A stretch of 64,000 nucleotides of DNA, from positions 59,088,001-59,152,000 of the forward strand of contig CM059438.1 of NCBI GenBank assembly GCA_030390025.1, given 5' to 3'. The translations under genes were made by a program, and so were the position numbers. The notes beneath the pieces are model-generated. The model was not told the origin of the DNA. It ran no database searches and saw only the letters and a list, made by a program, of their open reading frames with translations. This stretch comes from Squalus acanthias. Its lineage: Eukaryota. Position 1 is the stretch's first letter; each line of letters opens with the position of its first letter. Below are positions 38,253 to 49,828 of this stretch, piece by piece.

Positions 38253-38976
38253 GGCCCAGAAATTTGACTCGGAGGCTTGCCGCGGGGGTAAGGATCCCCC
38301 GCGATATCACACTCCGCGCCGGCCGTTGTGTTTCGGGCCCACACGAACTTCAGCTCCTGGGCCTCTCCCTGGTGCCGGCGCGCAGTGTGTGCGTGTCCCA
38401 GAGGCGCAGTTAGTTCGATGCGACCTCTGGGATCACGTGGGTCATGGAGAGCCAATGGCAGCACACCATCTTTCATTCATAGATTTGACAGGAGAACTGT
38501 CAAAACTATGAATACAAATTGCCCCCAAAAGAACAGCTAAACCTCAAATAAATAAAAAAAAAAATCACATTAATAAAATAACTATAGTTAAATAAAAATT
38601 TAAAATCTTTTAAAAAGTTATAAAAATAAACTTACCTTTCTTTAAAGTCTCTAAAAAAGATAAACCTGTTGAAAAAAATTTAAAATAATACTTAATTAAC
38701 TACTTACCTTGTTAAAAGGGGGTCTTACGCCTCCTTTTTTCATGTGTAAAATCTTCCATACTTACCTTCGCGTTGAAACCTGAAAAAAAACCTAAGTGTG
38801 CTGCGTGCGCACAGCCTGTAGTGCGCACGCGGTTCACTTAGGAACCGCCCCTTCGCCATACCCGAAGTGCCGGTTTCCCGCGCATGCGCAGTGCATGCAG
38901 GAAACCGACACTTCGGGACTGAATACGGGTGAGTACACAGTGCGTAATCTCCCGTATTCAGCCGAATTTTTGGGCC
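38253..38976 (+). mobile_element. MITE family A
   Basis: TIRs ggcccagaaatt / aatttttgggcc; AAT TSD. Confidence 0.92.
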
Positions 38977-39461
38977 AATATTCCTTGGGGCAGCATGGCT
39001 CTCATTGTAGGTGTGCTGTGCACGTGTGCATGTGTTCCGGATCAGAGTCATGAACCATGTCATCAGTGGATAAACCTTGTCGCTCAGTAACCAACCTTTG
39101 ACCTGACTTGGTGGGTCAAATACAGCCAACACAAAGGACTGCCGCAGAATGGAGGAATCGTGATTACTGCCAGGATAACAGGCATTCACCTGTATGGTGT
39201 GCGGCCTGTGGTCGCTCACCAGCTGCGCATTGAGGGAGTGGAATCCCTTTTGGTTCAGGAAAATGGCAGAGTTCACGCGGCGCACTCAAAGCAATGTGCG
39301 TGCAGTCAATGGCACCCTGCAATCCAAGCAAACCCTCGTGTTCGCTCCACCTGCTTGTCTCTGACAAGAGGGAATGAGATGAAGCTGTCTCTCTGTGTGT
39401 GGAGGGCCTCAGTGACCTCCCTTACCCAGCAGCGTACTGCAAACTGCAAGTTGTTGCTTAT

Positions 39462-40205
39462 GGCCCAGAAATTAAAGACTGAGTGTTGACGCGGGGGTAA
39501 GGCTTCCCCGCGATCTCTCACTCCGCGTTGGCTTTTTCAGTTCCAGCTCGCACGAACTTGATGTTCTAGACATCAGCTGGGCAGTGCTTGCGTATCCCAC
39601 CGGCGTAGTGAATTCGTGCGAGCTGTGGGATCACGTGACTCAGTTAGAGCCAATGGCAGCACACCATCTTCCATTCATAAGTTTCACATAAGTGCTGTGA
39701 AAGCTATGAATCTTACACAGCCCCAAAATAACAGCTAAACCTCAATTAAATTTAAAAAAAACCCCATCACATTAATAAAATAAGTATAGTTAAATAAATT
39801 AACCATTTTAAATAAAAAATAAAATTTTTGAAAAAATTTAATATCTTTTAAAAAGTTATAAAAATAAACTTACCTGTCTTTAAAGTCTCTAAAAAAGATA
39901 TACCTGTTAAAAAAAATTCAAAATAATACTTAATTCACTACTTACCTTGTTAAAAGTGGGTCTTACTCCTCCTTTTTTCATTTCTAAAATCTTCCGTACT
40001 TACCTGCGCGTCCAAAGCACTAAGTGCACAGCGTGCGCGCAGCCTGTAGCGCGCACGCGGTGCACCGAGGAACCGCCCCCTTTTCCAAAAACCAAGTGCC
40101 GGTTTTCAGCGCATGCGCAGTGCATGCAGAAAACTGGCAATTGGAGACAGAATACGCGAGAGTACGCAGTGCGTACTCTCGCGTCGCGGGACTAATTTTT
40201 GGGCC
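39462..40205 (+). mobile_element. MITE family A
   Basis: TIRs ggcccagaaatta / taatttttgggcc; TAT TSD. Confidence 0.92.
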
Positions 40206-41500
40206 TATATCTCCATCAGCAGCCTGTAAGGAGCCAGACGCATAAACGTTCAGGGCCACAGTCACCTTGACAGTCGGTGGTAATGCTGTCCTTGCCCTGC
40301 TTTGAGGTTGCAGTTGTGGCTGCAGCAGTTGACAGATTTCAGTCACAACCTCTTTAGTGAAATGAAGATGTCTCGTGCATTGGTCATCACTGAAGTTCAG
40401 GTGTCGCTTTTAAAAGCTCTTTAGAATAATTTGTCGGTGACTCCACAAACCACTCTGGGTACAGGTATATTGTGTATCAGTAAAACAGGTTTATTAAACA
40501 TTAAACAACCAGTACAAAGAAATAATACTGAACAAGAAGATAGTCACAGTCTGTTCATCGAACCCCGGCGTTCCTTCCGAGTGACTGTGGCGCAGTCTCT
40601 TTATTCTCTTGCTGTGTTCTGTTGACTGAAGCTTCTTCATCCTCTGGCTTTGCGCTGCTTTCGGGGTTCAATATCTGCATTTTTATACCCTTTTCCTCCC
40701 GTTTTGCCTACGTGGCAGTAATTAGCTCTCTGACACCTGGTAAATGCCCCTCCTCTCCTTGCCAATCATCTTATGACCTCGTTAATCCCGCTTGGCCTCT
40801 TTCTGTGCATAACACGATACCCTTATCTGAGAATTTGACTTTACAGAACATCCTTGAGGTATTTTCTAAACAATTTGTCTATTCTGCAGTTTCTAAAATG
40901 AAGGATGTCTCCAACTCCTATCTGTCTTCTCCAGCTCTTCTCTCTTTTCCACAACATTACCGAATTCTATGGGCTGGATTTTGCCAGGCCCGAGGAGGCG
41001 GGATTGGAGGTGTGTGAGGTGGTAAAATCGCAAAAAAAGGCGGGCGGGCCCGATCCCGCCTCCATCCCACCTCCGAGCAATTTTCCCACATGCGTGTTTT
41101 CTGACCCTGTTTCCATCCCGCCTCCAAGGGGCGAGATAGGCCCTTAAGGCCCTTAACAACCACTTAATTGCCTCTATAATCCCATTTTGAGAGGCCTTTC
41201 TGATTTTAACACTTTTCCCACGTGCTGCACATCTCCTCTGGAACATGCCAGTGAATCCTGGCAGCATCACAAGTGGATTGCCTACTAACAGCTGCAGCTC
41301 CACCATTAAAAAGGAGTTTTCAGCAATCATCATTTGCAGGTGGCAGAACTTTGTTGTCTCAGGTCTGGGGGAACTTTTAGCAGGCCTACTCATTGTTCTG
41401 GAAGTTTGGAGCCTGACACCCATCTCCAGTGTGACCTCCTGGGAAACCTCTCTCCCCACCTTGAATGAGCGCTTCCTCAACTGAGGTATATACCAGAAGA

Positions 41501-42694
41501 ATGGGAACCATTTATTTCTGTTCCTCCTGGACATCAGATTTGGACGAAGACCAGCCGTGGCAGCAGCAGAACCCTGAACAACAGCAGCACCAACTGCAGG
41601 AGCAACAGCAGGTGCGCCAAGCTGCTGCTCACCCACCTGAAGCTGCACAGGCCAGAAGGCGCCAGCGCAGGGAAGCACGTCGGCGCAGGAGATACCCCCA
41701 AAACAAGGTCTACAGACAGAGGATCAGCTACCTCAACATGACTGAGCAGCAGTGCCAAAGGAGGCTCCGACTGGAGCCCAGAGGAGCAGGTGGACACCCC
41801 TTACCAGTGGCCGTCAAAGTCATCACCGCACTCAACTTTTTTGCTTCAGGCTCATTCCAGGGATCAGCAGCAGACATCAGCGGCGTCTCCCAGGCGGCCG
41901 CACACACTTGCATCATGCAGGTAACCGATGCCCTCTTTGCCATCGCTCATAATTACATCAATTTCTCCAAGCATCAACCAGTGTAACTGCGCGTGCGGTT
42001 GGGTTTGACAATCTGGCAGGCTTTCCAAGGGTGCAGGGCATCGTTGACTGCACACATGTGGCCCTTAAGGCACCCCATCACAATCCGGGTATTTTTGTCA
42101 ACTGCAAGGGCTTCCACTCCCTCAATGTTCAGCTGGTGTGTGAACACAAGAAGTGAAATTTTGCATGTTTGCGCCAAGTACCCTGGCAGTTGCCATGACT
42201 CCTTCATCCTGCGCCAGTCTAGTGTGCCTCCGCTCTTCAGTCCGCCAGACCAACTTTGCGGATGGCTACTTGGAGACAAGGGCTATCCCCTGAAGACGTG
42301 GCTAATGACGCCGTTGAGGAGCCCATCCAACGAAGCTGAGGAGCACTACAACTCCAGCCACATTGCCACCAGATCCATAATCAAACAAACCATCGGCTTG
42401 CTGAAGATGCGCTTCAGATGCCTTGATAGATCAGGTGGAGCCCTGCAGTGCTCAGCAGCCAGGGTCTCCAGAATGGTCATGGTCTGCTGTGCACTTCACA
42501 ACATGGCACAGCATCGTGGTTTGCAGCTGTCTGAGGAACAAGTGGCTCATCACATAGCCTCCTCAGATGAGGAGGAGGAGGAGGAGAGCGACAACGAACA
42601 GCTTGCAGAGGCGCATCAACCAGCGGCAGCAGCATGCGAGCACATTGCTGGCCGGGATGCAAGGGACGCACTCATCTTGGCCAGATTTGCTTAG
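41501..42694 (+). pseudogene. Harbinger DDE transposase (HARBI1-like), frameshifted
   Basis: [62 protein letters not shown] (catalytic E appears as K), CCALHN. Confidence 0.92.
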
Positions 42695-42961
42695 CCTAGA
42701 CAATCAAGCACTTTTGCCTCGCAGCTTCTTACCAGACCATCGACAATGGCCAAGAACCTATGGATTCCTATCACTATGACCACCATACTGACAATTGCAA
42801 GTCACCCTAAGCCCTCAATGTGGAAGTCCCATTTGCGAAATGACACATGCCACAACTTCAACTGTTTGCCATCAAATTTTTTTATCACAGCAAGCAACTG
42901 ATGGCATTTCAAAAATAAACACAACATGACACCCAAGTGACTACCCTTGTGACTACTTGTG

Positions 42962-44904
42962 CATTATCTTCGTCTTATGCATGCTCCTACGTGGTGCTTC
43001 CCCCTGTGGCTTCAGCAGATGTGGAGGCCCCTTGCTCACTTTCTTGCTGCTCCTGCCTCGACACCTTTGGTGGGCGTCCTCTGGGGTTGCAAGCCTGTGA
43101 GGGCTCGACAACAGTCTGCTGCTCCTGCGGCTGTGCAGGGGTTGAGACGCCAATCTCAGTTGGGTAGGGACTCTGGTGGGGCTCTGACCGAGGGCTCTGC
43201 AGTGGCATGGTCGTGTGAGCGCTTGGAGAGGAGCCCCCACTTCCTTGTTGTCTGCCACCAACATCCCTCTCATGGGTCAGCCCCACTTCAGACCTAGCAA
43301 GTGGCTGGACAGCCCCTTTCTGCACTTCAGGGGGGCCATGAGGACCCGTTTCTGCGCTGGAAGTCCTACTCCAGAGGACTTCTATGAAGGTCTGGTTTCT
43401 CTGCTCAATAGCTGACCATCACTCCTCAAGAGATGTCATTCTATTCTGAACAATGACCATGTTTTCACGACCCTGGCGACTAAGCTCCTCCATGGCCGTA
43501 GCTATCCTCTCCTCTACGGTAGCCATCCTTTCCACGGAGGTTCCCAGCCTTTCCGTGGTGATGCGTTCATGCGCCAATGCCTCCACAAAGACTCTGCTCA
43601 TGTTCGCGATGGACTCCTCCATTCGCTCCACACTCGCAGCGACCCTGGAGACAAAACCTGCCAGAGACTCCTGCACCTGTTCCTGGAGTTCTAGCACCGC
43701 TCTTCTTCTGGTTGGACCCAGAGGCACAGGGTCGACAAATGCAGCCGAGCCGAGCTGGCAGAGTCCTGCGCCCTCCGACGAGGACTCTCCACTGCTGTCC
43801 CTGTCTCCACCATCTGCTGATGCTCACTTGTGAGGTGTGATACACCAGGTGACAACACTACACTATCTCGCGCAGTTCCCACCGAGGTGTGAGTGTCTGC
43901 GCCGGTGCTGGGTGCGCTGAATTCTGCTGAAGCTGCGCCCTCAGAGGTTGCAGCTTCCTCTGAGGAGTCTTCAGGCTCAGGCTCTTCCTCCTGGACAGTG
44001 GGGACGGTGGCTCTCGATGGTCCTGTGGGGGAGTAAAGGAAAGAGTTAGAGATGTGAGGTAAAGTTTGCATGCACATTAAATTGTACAGATGATCATAAG
44101 TCAATCTGTTAGACCTTCAGAATCATTATCAGTGACTCATGCAATGTCAATGAGAGAGATGCAAAACTATTCTGTCACCAGCTTGCTGTGATGCACCCAT
44201 CTGTCCGTCCCTCACTTGCGCATCCTCCTCCACTCCCACAATCTCCAGGGCCACCTCCTCCGCAGTGGTGAGCTGGGCTACTGAGGGTGGGCCTCCTCCT
44301 GTCCTCGCCCTCTCCCTCTTATTGTGGGCTCTCTTTTCCTGCAATGAGGGACACAAGTGGAGTTTGAGTGAGAATGAAGGAATGAGTGTAGAGATTCCAT
44401 AGCATAGATGCTTAAAGGAGACAAAGATGGAGTGAGGTGCCAAGACCAAGGGCCCTCCCTGTGTAAGTTGTTGTCATAGCATCACAGCGATAGGGAGTGT
44501 GAGGGCTGCATAGTCGAATAGTTAAGTGAATGTGAACATACAGAGAGAGGGAATGGGTAAGGGTGCAGGGATGTCAGTGTCAAGTGGGATGTGGAGGAAG
44601 AGGTTGGCAAAGCTGAGTGCTGGTGAGGAGAGGCGATGGGGATCAGATTGAGGGTGATGGGAAAGTCATACTCACTTTACCTGTGCGGAGAAGGTCATGA
44701 AACCTCTTCCTGCACTGTAGCCAGGTTCTGCGGCACATAGACATTGAGTTGACCTCCTGGGCCACTTGCATCCACACAGCTTTGGTCTGCTGGGGAGGCT
44801 TTTTCCTCCCTGAGGAAGGGAAGAGCACCTCCTTATTTGATCTTGCTCCCTCACCAGAGCTTGGAGGGAGGCTTCATCAAACACTTTGACCTACGGCTGG
44901 ACAT
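42962..44904 (-). pseudogene. Harbinger Myb/SANT DNA-binding protein gene with 3 exons (about 44904-44676, 44338-44179, 44022-42962)
   Basis: WMQVAQEVN...RTWLQCRKRFHDL; EKRAHNKRERARTGGG; C-terminal coiled coil; GT-AG introns with phase-compatible junctions (AAA|gtgagt, ttgcag|GAA, G|gtgaca, ccacag|GA). Confidence 0.85.
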
Positions 44905-46120
44905 ATTTGCTGAATGAAGCGATCACAACAATGGGCATAAAGTTTGCAGTCTCCAGAAGAAGCAAGGCTGCTTGCAGGCCTTAAATCCAGCAGCACTGAT
45001 GACATCATCGGAGGCGACTTTCAGGATGGAAAAACGAATTGGGCCAGGGGTTCCCACACGCTGGAAATCAAGTGCCCAGTTAGGGGAAAATCGCACTTTT
45101 TTCCCACTTCACATCGGAGTCGGGTTCCTGACACGAAAACCACCTGACACGCCCCCAGCCCGCCCCAATGGCAAAATCCAGCCCTATGCCTCCGACAGTC
45201 TCCGTGTTTATTCAGCAGCACATTCCAAACAGGTTTTTAGTCAGTTTGGCATAATTTCCCATCCTGCTTTGGTCTCAGCTATTCACCATTTTATACAGGC
45301 TTTTTAGGTTTTTAACATACAATTTCACATATTATAGTTATATAAAAATGGTTATAGAATCTTAATAATGTTTACTAAATCCTACCGGTACACTCTATCC
45401 TACACAGGTAAGAGAATTGCTCCCTAAATACCCTGGGCGGATAGGGCCTCCTGCTGAGAGCCCTCCTCCTCCTCCTCCCTCTTCCAGCAGCTTGTCCTGC
45501 TCTGCATGGCCTCTCTTCATTCTTCCAGTCATGCTCAATTCCAAGAGGCCAACCATGTCTGGAAGCAACTTGTTTCAGCACAGGCTTTTAAATGAACAAA
45601 ACAGTATTCAGCACCAGCCAGACCGCTCCCTGTAGACTATTGAAACTTTAGGTAAGTATAGGAAAGCTCCTAAAATACGTAGAATTGCACCAGAATTAAT
45701 CCAGCAACTAACCTGTAAGTAATTCATGATCCCATAATGTAGCATTGGTGAGGGGTCCTTCATGCCGTTTAATGTTGTGTTCAGCAGTGTGAGGTTAAGA
45801 CAGGGCGTAGGCTGGAGTGCAGCATTCAAAAATGGCAGCACTAGCGTTAAATTAACGTTGCACGCTGATTGACGTCATAATCTACCTGCTCTACATGCTG
45901 CCGGCAGTCGATAAGTGTGCGTGCGGCATCCCCTTTACCAAGATGGCGTCCGACCCTCTTCCCGTTGGAAGTGTACACGCGCATTTTGGACGCCATTTTC
46001 AAGCCTTAGGAAACCACGTGGTGCCTAAAAAATGGGTGCTACAGAGCCCAACTTCTCCCCCAGTGTTCACTATTCCCAGCATTACTGGGTTATCCAGTAC
46101 AGAGGCAGTGTTCACTATTC

Positions 46121-46362
46121 ACCACCACCTCCACGCTCCCACCAAGCCACACACCATCCTGACTTGGAAGTATATCGCCGATCCTTCATCGTCGCTGGGT
46201 CAAAATCCTGGAACTCCCTCCCGAACAGCACTGTGGGAGTACCTTCACCACACGGACTGCAGCGGTTCAAGAAGGCGGCTCACCACCAGCTTCTCAAAGG
46301 CAATTAGGAATGGGCAATAAATGCTGGCCTTGCCAGTGACGCCCTTATCCTGTGAATGAATA
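46121..46362 (+). mobile_element. 3' end of the second CR1-group lineage, inside a short ~45-bp tandem repeat
   Basis: FIVAGSKSWNSLP...HHQLLKGN with a TGAA tail; flanking units cagtgttcactattcccagca. Confidence 0.8.
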
Positions 46363-46584
46363 CATGGTACAGGAATCAGTGTTCACTATTCCCAGCATCA
46401 CTTGGTTATCCAGTTCAGGGGGCAGCATTCAATGTTCTCAGGCAGGACTAGTTTCCTGGTTTCCTGGTGTGCTGCAATATCCTGGAGCGGAACTGATAGT
46501 CATCATGGCTCTGTAGAATTACATCCTTCACACACTCGAAAAATTTAACTCTTTGAATAGTCCAGAAATGCCTCAGTAACAGGA

Positions 46585-47775
46585 TGTAGTGGGTGGTAAT
46601 GGGGTCAGCCTTTGCCTTCTGACTCAGTGAGCGGTTCGAATCGCTCCCACGCCCCTGGTTCCTAGACTTTGGACTTATTTAGGGGTTGTGAACAAAAATG
46701 CAGTAGACAACAGGTTCTGATGAAAGAATTTTGACTTTATTAAAAGAAAAAGGTACCAAACTTAAAACACACTTAATACTTAAACACAGGTTGGGGAGCA
46801 CACGGTACAGGTGAGGGAGAATGACAATATACCAAACAAAACCTTATCCCTCCCAAAGATCCCACTATCTAGCTAGGTTTTGTTTTCAGGAGATCAGGGA
46901 TAATGCTCACCAACGAATCCTTGACAGGATTTTAGAGTATTTTGATTAAAAGATTTCATAAGGCCCTTGTTGCTGCGAGGTGTCCGATGGTCACTGAAGC
47001 AGTCGCTCTGGTTTCTTCTTGCGTCTGTTTGTGGAGTTGTTGGCGTTCCTTTCCTCCTCCTCATGGCGTGTGGTGTCTTTTGCTGGAGCAGGGCTGAGAG
47101 AGAGAGAGAGAGAGAGAGAGAGCTGTTCCAGCATTGTCAGCGAGTCCAAAAAAAAAGAGTCTTGGGACAGGCTCCAATTATACTGTCCTTTTCGCGCCGA
47201 AAACCCCTTACTAAAACGGTTTCCTTTAGGTTTCAAATGAGCCCTGTTTAGTCCATTGCTCTAGTTTTGGCGGGCTTGCCAGTTCCGATGGCTTTAACTT
47301 AGTGTGAAACATGTCTTGATCGTTTTCCGATTTAGGCAAAGCCTTATCTACGCGCCAAATCTCATCCCTATTGTCCTAGGTCTATTGGCGGGCTTTTAAA
47401 TCTGTCCTGTGGATACCTGGTTGATTGGTTCTTGATGAAGTGAATCGGGTTGCTTAATGTTTTATTGATTTCAAAAAAGGTCTTGGATTATTCATATTTC
47501 GATGTGCTATGAGGCTTTTGGGTTTTGTCTTTTCCTCCTTGATAGGAAGGCAGTGTAAACACACTGCCAGACAGCTTAATACACTGCCTGGCCACGCCCC
47601 TCTGCAGTCTGTGTGTCTGTGAAAGGTGTATATCCCAACAGTAAGATTCAAAAAGTCATTTTCCTCAGGGTTTTCTTCTTGTGATCTTTAAAAATGTCCA
47701 AAACTGAGGGTTTTACCTCAAATCACTTCACTTAGGGTTCTGTTCGAGTTTCTGGGGGATTTTGCGAAGCCGACA
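46585..47775 (-). mobile_element. Solo LTR, family L1 (diverged subfamily)
   Basis: First ~430 bp colinear with 15307 onward; TG...CA ends; AGGA-type TSD with one-base ambiguity; (GA)n at about 47096-47122. Confidence 0.82.
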
Positions 47776-48224
47776 GGATCAACAAATAGGAGCAGGAGAT
47801 ACAATGTCAGCGCTATGGGCACTTAGAAATAGTTTACTTAGAGTTCCAACGACTGGATCCCCGATCCCACCGTGACGCACTGTTACACTGTGTGACTTAG
47901 GCCAGTGAGTGCGAATCGCAGTGGCCCTGACCCCTGCCGCCCGATACCCGCTCTGGGCTAGAATCGACTGCCATAGTCCTAACCAGCTGCTGTAAAGCAC
48001 AATGGTTGTCGACTCCCTGCTATTGGGATGGCATTTAGTGAGAGAGGGACACAGGGTCAGTCCCGGGATCATCCCTCCAGTGGGAGCGCCTGATCAAATA
48101 ACAGCCAGAGGATGAAGTGCTGAGTGCTTTATGGTGTCTGGTCTGCCACATTCGATTAAATGTCTAATCCAGTATTTCTGTCTGTAGTCAGCTTTAGGTA
48201 GTCAACCTCTGACTGGCGGGAGGG

Positions 48225-48522
48225 TGGGTCACCAGAGGACACAGATTTAAAGTAATTGGCAAAAGAACCAGAGGGGAGACGAGGAGAATTATTTTTTACG
48301 CAGCGAGTTGCTATGATCTGGAATGCGCTGCCTGAAAGGGCGGTGGAAGCAGATTCAATAGTAACTTTCAAAAGGGAATTGGATAAATACTTGAAAAGGA
48401 GAAATTTACAGGACTCTGGGGAAAGAGCGGGGGGAGTGAGTCTAATTGGAGAGCTCGTTCAAAGAGCCGGCACAGGCACGATGGGCCGAATGGCCTCCTT
48501 CTGTGCTGTATCATTCTATGAT
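48225..48522 (+). mobile_element. CR1 3' end
   Basis: FFTQRVAMIWNALP...FKRELDKYL; 3' UTR atgggccgaatggcctccttctgtgctg. Confidence 0.85.
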
Positions 48523-48918
48523 TGTGACTTGAATGAATACAAATCTGCAGCTGACAAACAGCATCATTTAATGACAGGCGATTGGGGCTGGTTTCTGATG
48601 TGATATCGGAGATTTCGGGAATGAAGCAGAGAATCGAGAGTTTTCTTTAGTTCGTGCTGAGGTGGCAGCAACAAAATGAATTGTTTCGATTGGCTACTTT
48701 TGCGTGTGCTTTGGTGGAAGTGTGGTTGCTATGGGAAGGTTGGCACAGTGCCGAGATGGAGGAGGGGTGGGACCGGCGATGGGAGGGAGCGATCAGGTGA
48801 CTGGGACACGGGTGCTGCTTTCTGTTGAAAGTTCGAGCCATTCTGGGATGTTTGATAAGGGATGAATCGGTCCCGTGAGTCGGCCTCTACTGCGTGGGCC
48901 GCCTTTAACACCCTCTGT

Positions 48919-48956
48919 TCACCTGACGAAGGAGCAGCCGCTCCGAAAGCTTGTGA
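48919..48956 (+). ncRNA. Minimal type I hammerhead ribozyme
   Basis: tcac-CTGACGA-a-GGAGC agcc GCTCC-GAAA-gc-TT-gtga. Confidence 0.82.
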
Positions 48957-49010
48957 TTTCAAATAAAACTGTTGGACTATAACCTGGTGTTGTGCGACTT
49001 CTCACTTTTG
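48920..49010 (+). mobile_element. 91-bp Penelope-like terminal-repeat insertion
   Basis: Exact 10-bp direct repeats accctctgtt at 48910-48919 and 49011-49020; contains a hammerhead and AATAAA. Confidence 0.8.
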
Positions 49011-49176
49011 ACCCTCTGTTTAAGCAGGTGTTGCCAAGACACGCGGGGGGTATGAGGCACCGGCACTGACACAAACACCTGCCCGTTCAGCACAACCAAG
49101 GGCTCTACTTCATGGGCCCAGGTGATCCTTCCTCACCATTGCAAAGAAACAGGGCACCAAGTGTGCAATAAATCAC

Positions 49177-49275
49177 CTGTGTGGCGAATGACTGTGACAT
49201 TTTCAGCAGCTCTCCCGAACTGTCCAATTGTTGGCTCAGATACAACCCTGAGGTGTCAGCCCTCTCATAGAGTCC
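49177..49275 (-). CDS. Candidate host internal exon (99 bp, phase 0/0), product unknown
   Basis: Acceptor ctctttgtatttttgaccag and donor CAG|gtgatt; open frame GLYERADTSGLYLSQQLDSSGELLKMSQSFATQ; the other two frames are closed. Confidence 0.4.
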
Positions 49276-49377
49276 CTGGTCAAAAATACAAAGAGGTATA
49301 GGATGGGCTCTAAGTCCCTGCAGGAGCAACAAACTCATCCGATACCTGCTGTTATTTTTAACCAGGCATCAAACACG

Positions 49378-49680
49378 GGCAGCTGTGGCTCACTGGGCAG
49401 CACTTCTCGTCTCTGGGGCAGAAGGTCGTGGGTTCGAACCCCACTCCAGACAACTGAGCACATAATCCAGGTTGACGCTATCGGAAGAAGAGCAGGGGAG
49501 ATCTCCCCGGTGCCCTGGCTAATATTTATCCCTCAATCAACATCACCAAAACAGATTATCTGGTTATTATCACATTGCTGTTTGTGGGATCGTGCTGTGC
49601 ACAAATTAGTTGCTGCATTTCCGACATTACAACATCGATGACACTTCAAAAGTACTTCATTGGCTGTAAAGCGCTTTGGG
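49378..49680 (+). mobile_element. DeuSINE (SacSINE1-like), internally deleted
   Basis: Head ggcagctgtggctcactgggcagc...gggttcgaaccc followed by the Deu-domain. Confidence 0.85.
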
Positions 49681-49828
49681 CAGTGAGGAGAGTGATGGGC
49701 AGTGCGGAGGGTGATGGGCAGTGCGGAGGGTGATGGCAGTGCGGAGGGTGGTGGGCAGTGCGGAGGGTGTGGGCAGTGCGGAGGGTGATGGGCAGTGCGG
49801 AGGCTGATGGGCAGTGAGGCGGGTGTGA
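49678..49828. repeat. 19-bp G-rich minisatellite (gggcagtgcggagggtgat), about 8 copies
   Basis: Seen directly. Confidence 0.9.

Larger units (their letters stand above)
40971..45184 (+). mobile_element. Structurally complete PIF/Harbinger transposon (4214 bp) with convergent transposase and Myb/SANT genes
   Basis: Perfect 16-bp TIRs gggctggattttgcca / tggcaaaatccagccc; TAT TSD; two convergent genes. Confidence 0.95.
40402..45404 (-). mobile_element. Solo LTR, family L2 (about 790 bp: 40402-40970 plus 45188-45404), hosting a full Harbinger
   Basis: TG...CA ends; CAGG TSD at 40398-40401 and 45405-45408; removing it rejoins the Harbinger B frame SYL-NFSDD. Confidence 0.8.
37923..46060 (-). pseudogene. 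Harbinger family B transposase pseudogene plus 5' terminus, fragmented by two MITEs and a solo LTR
   Basis: Pieces RRPYPPRVFREQFSYL (45405+) | NFSDDQC...VKVTVALN (40206-40401) | GAIDCTHIAL, KGFHSLN, YPGSNHDS, LLSDKVY (38977-39461) | [14 protein letters not shown], acidic tail (37923-38252); terminus ...cccaacttctcccc at 46060. Confidence 0.88.

Noticed and set aside
41465..44904. Host HARBI1 or NAIF1 genes
   Set aside because: Enclosed by TIRs and a TSD and disrupted by frameshifts, so this is a transposon copy
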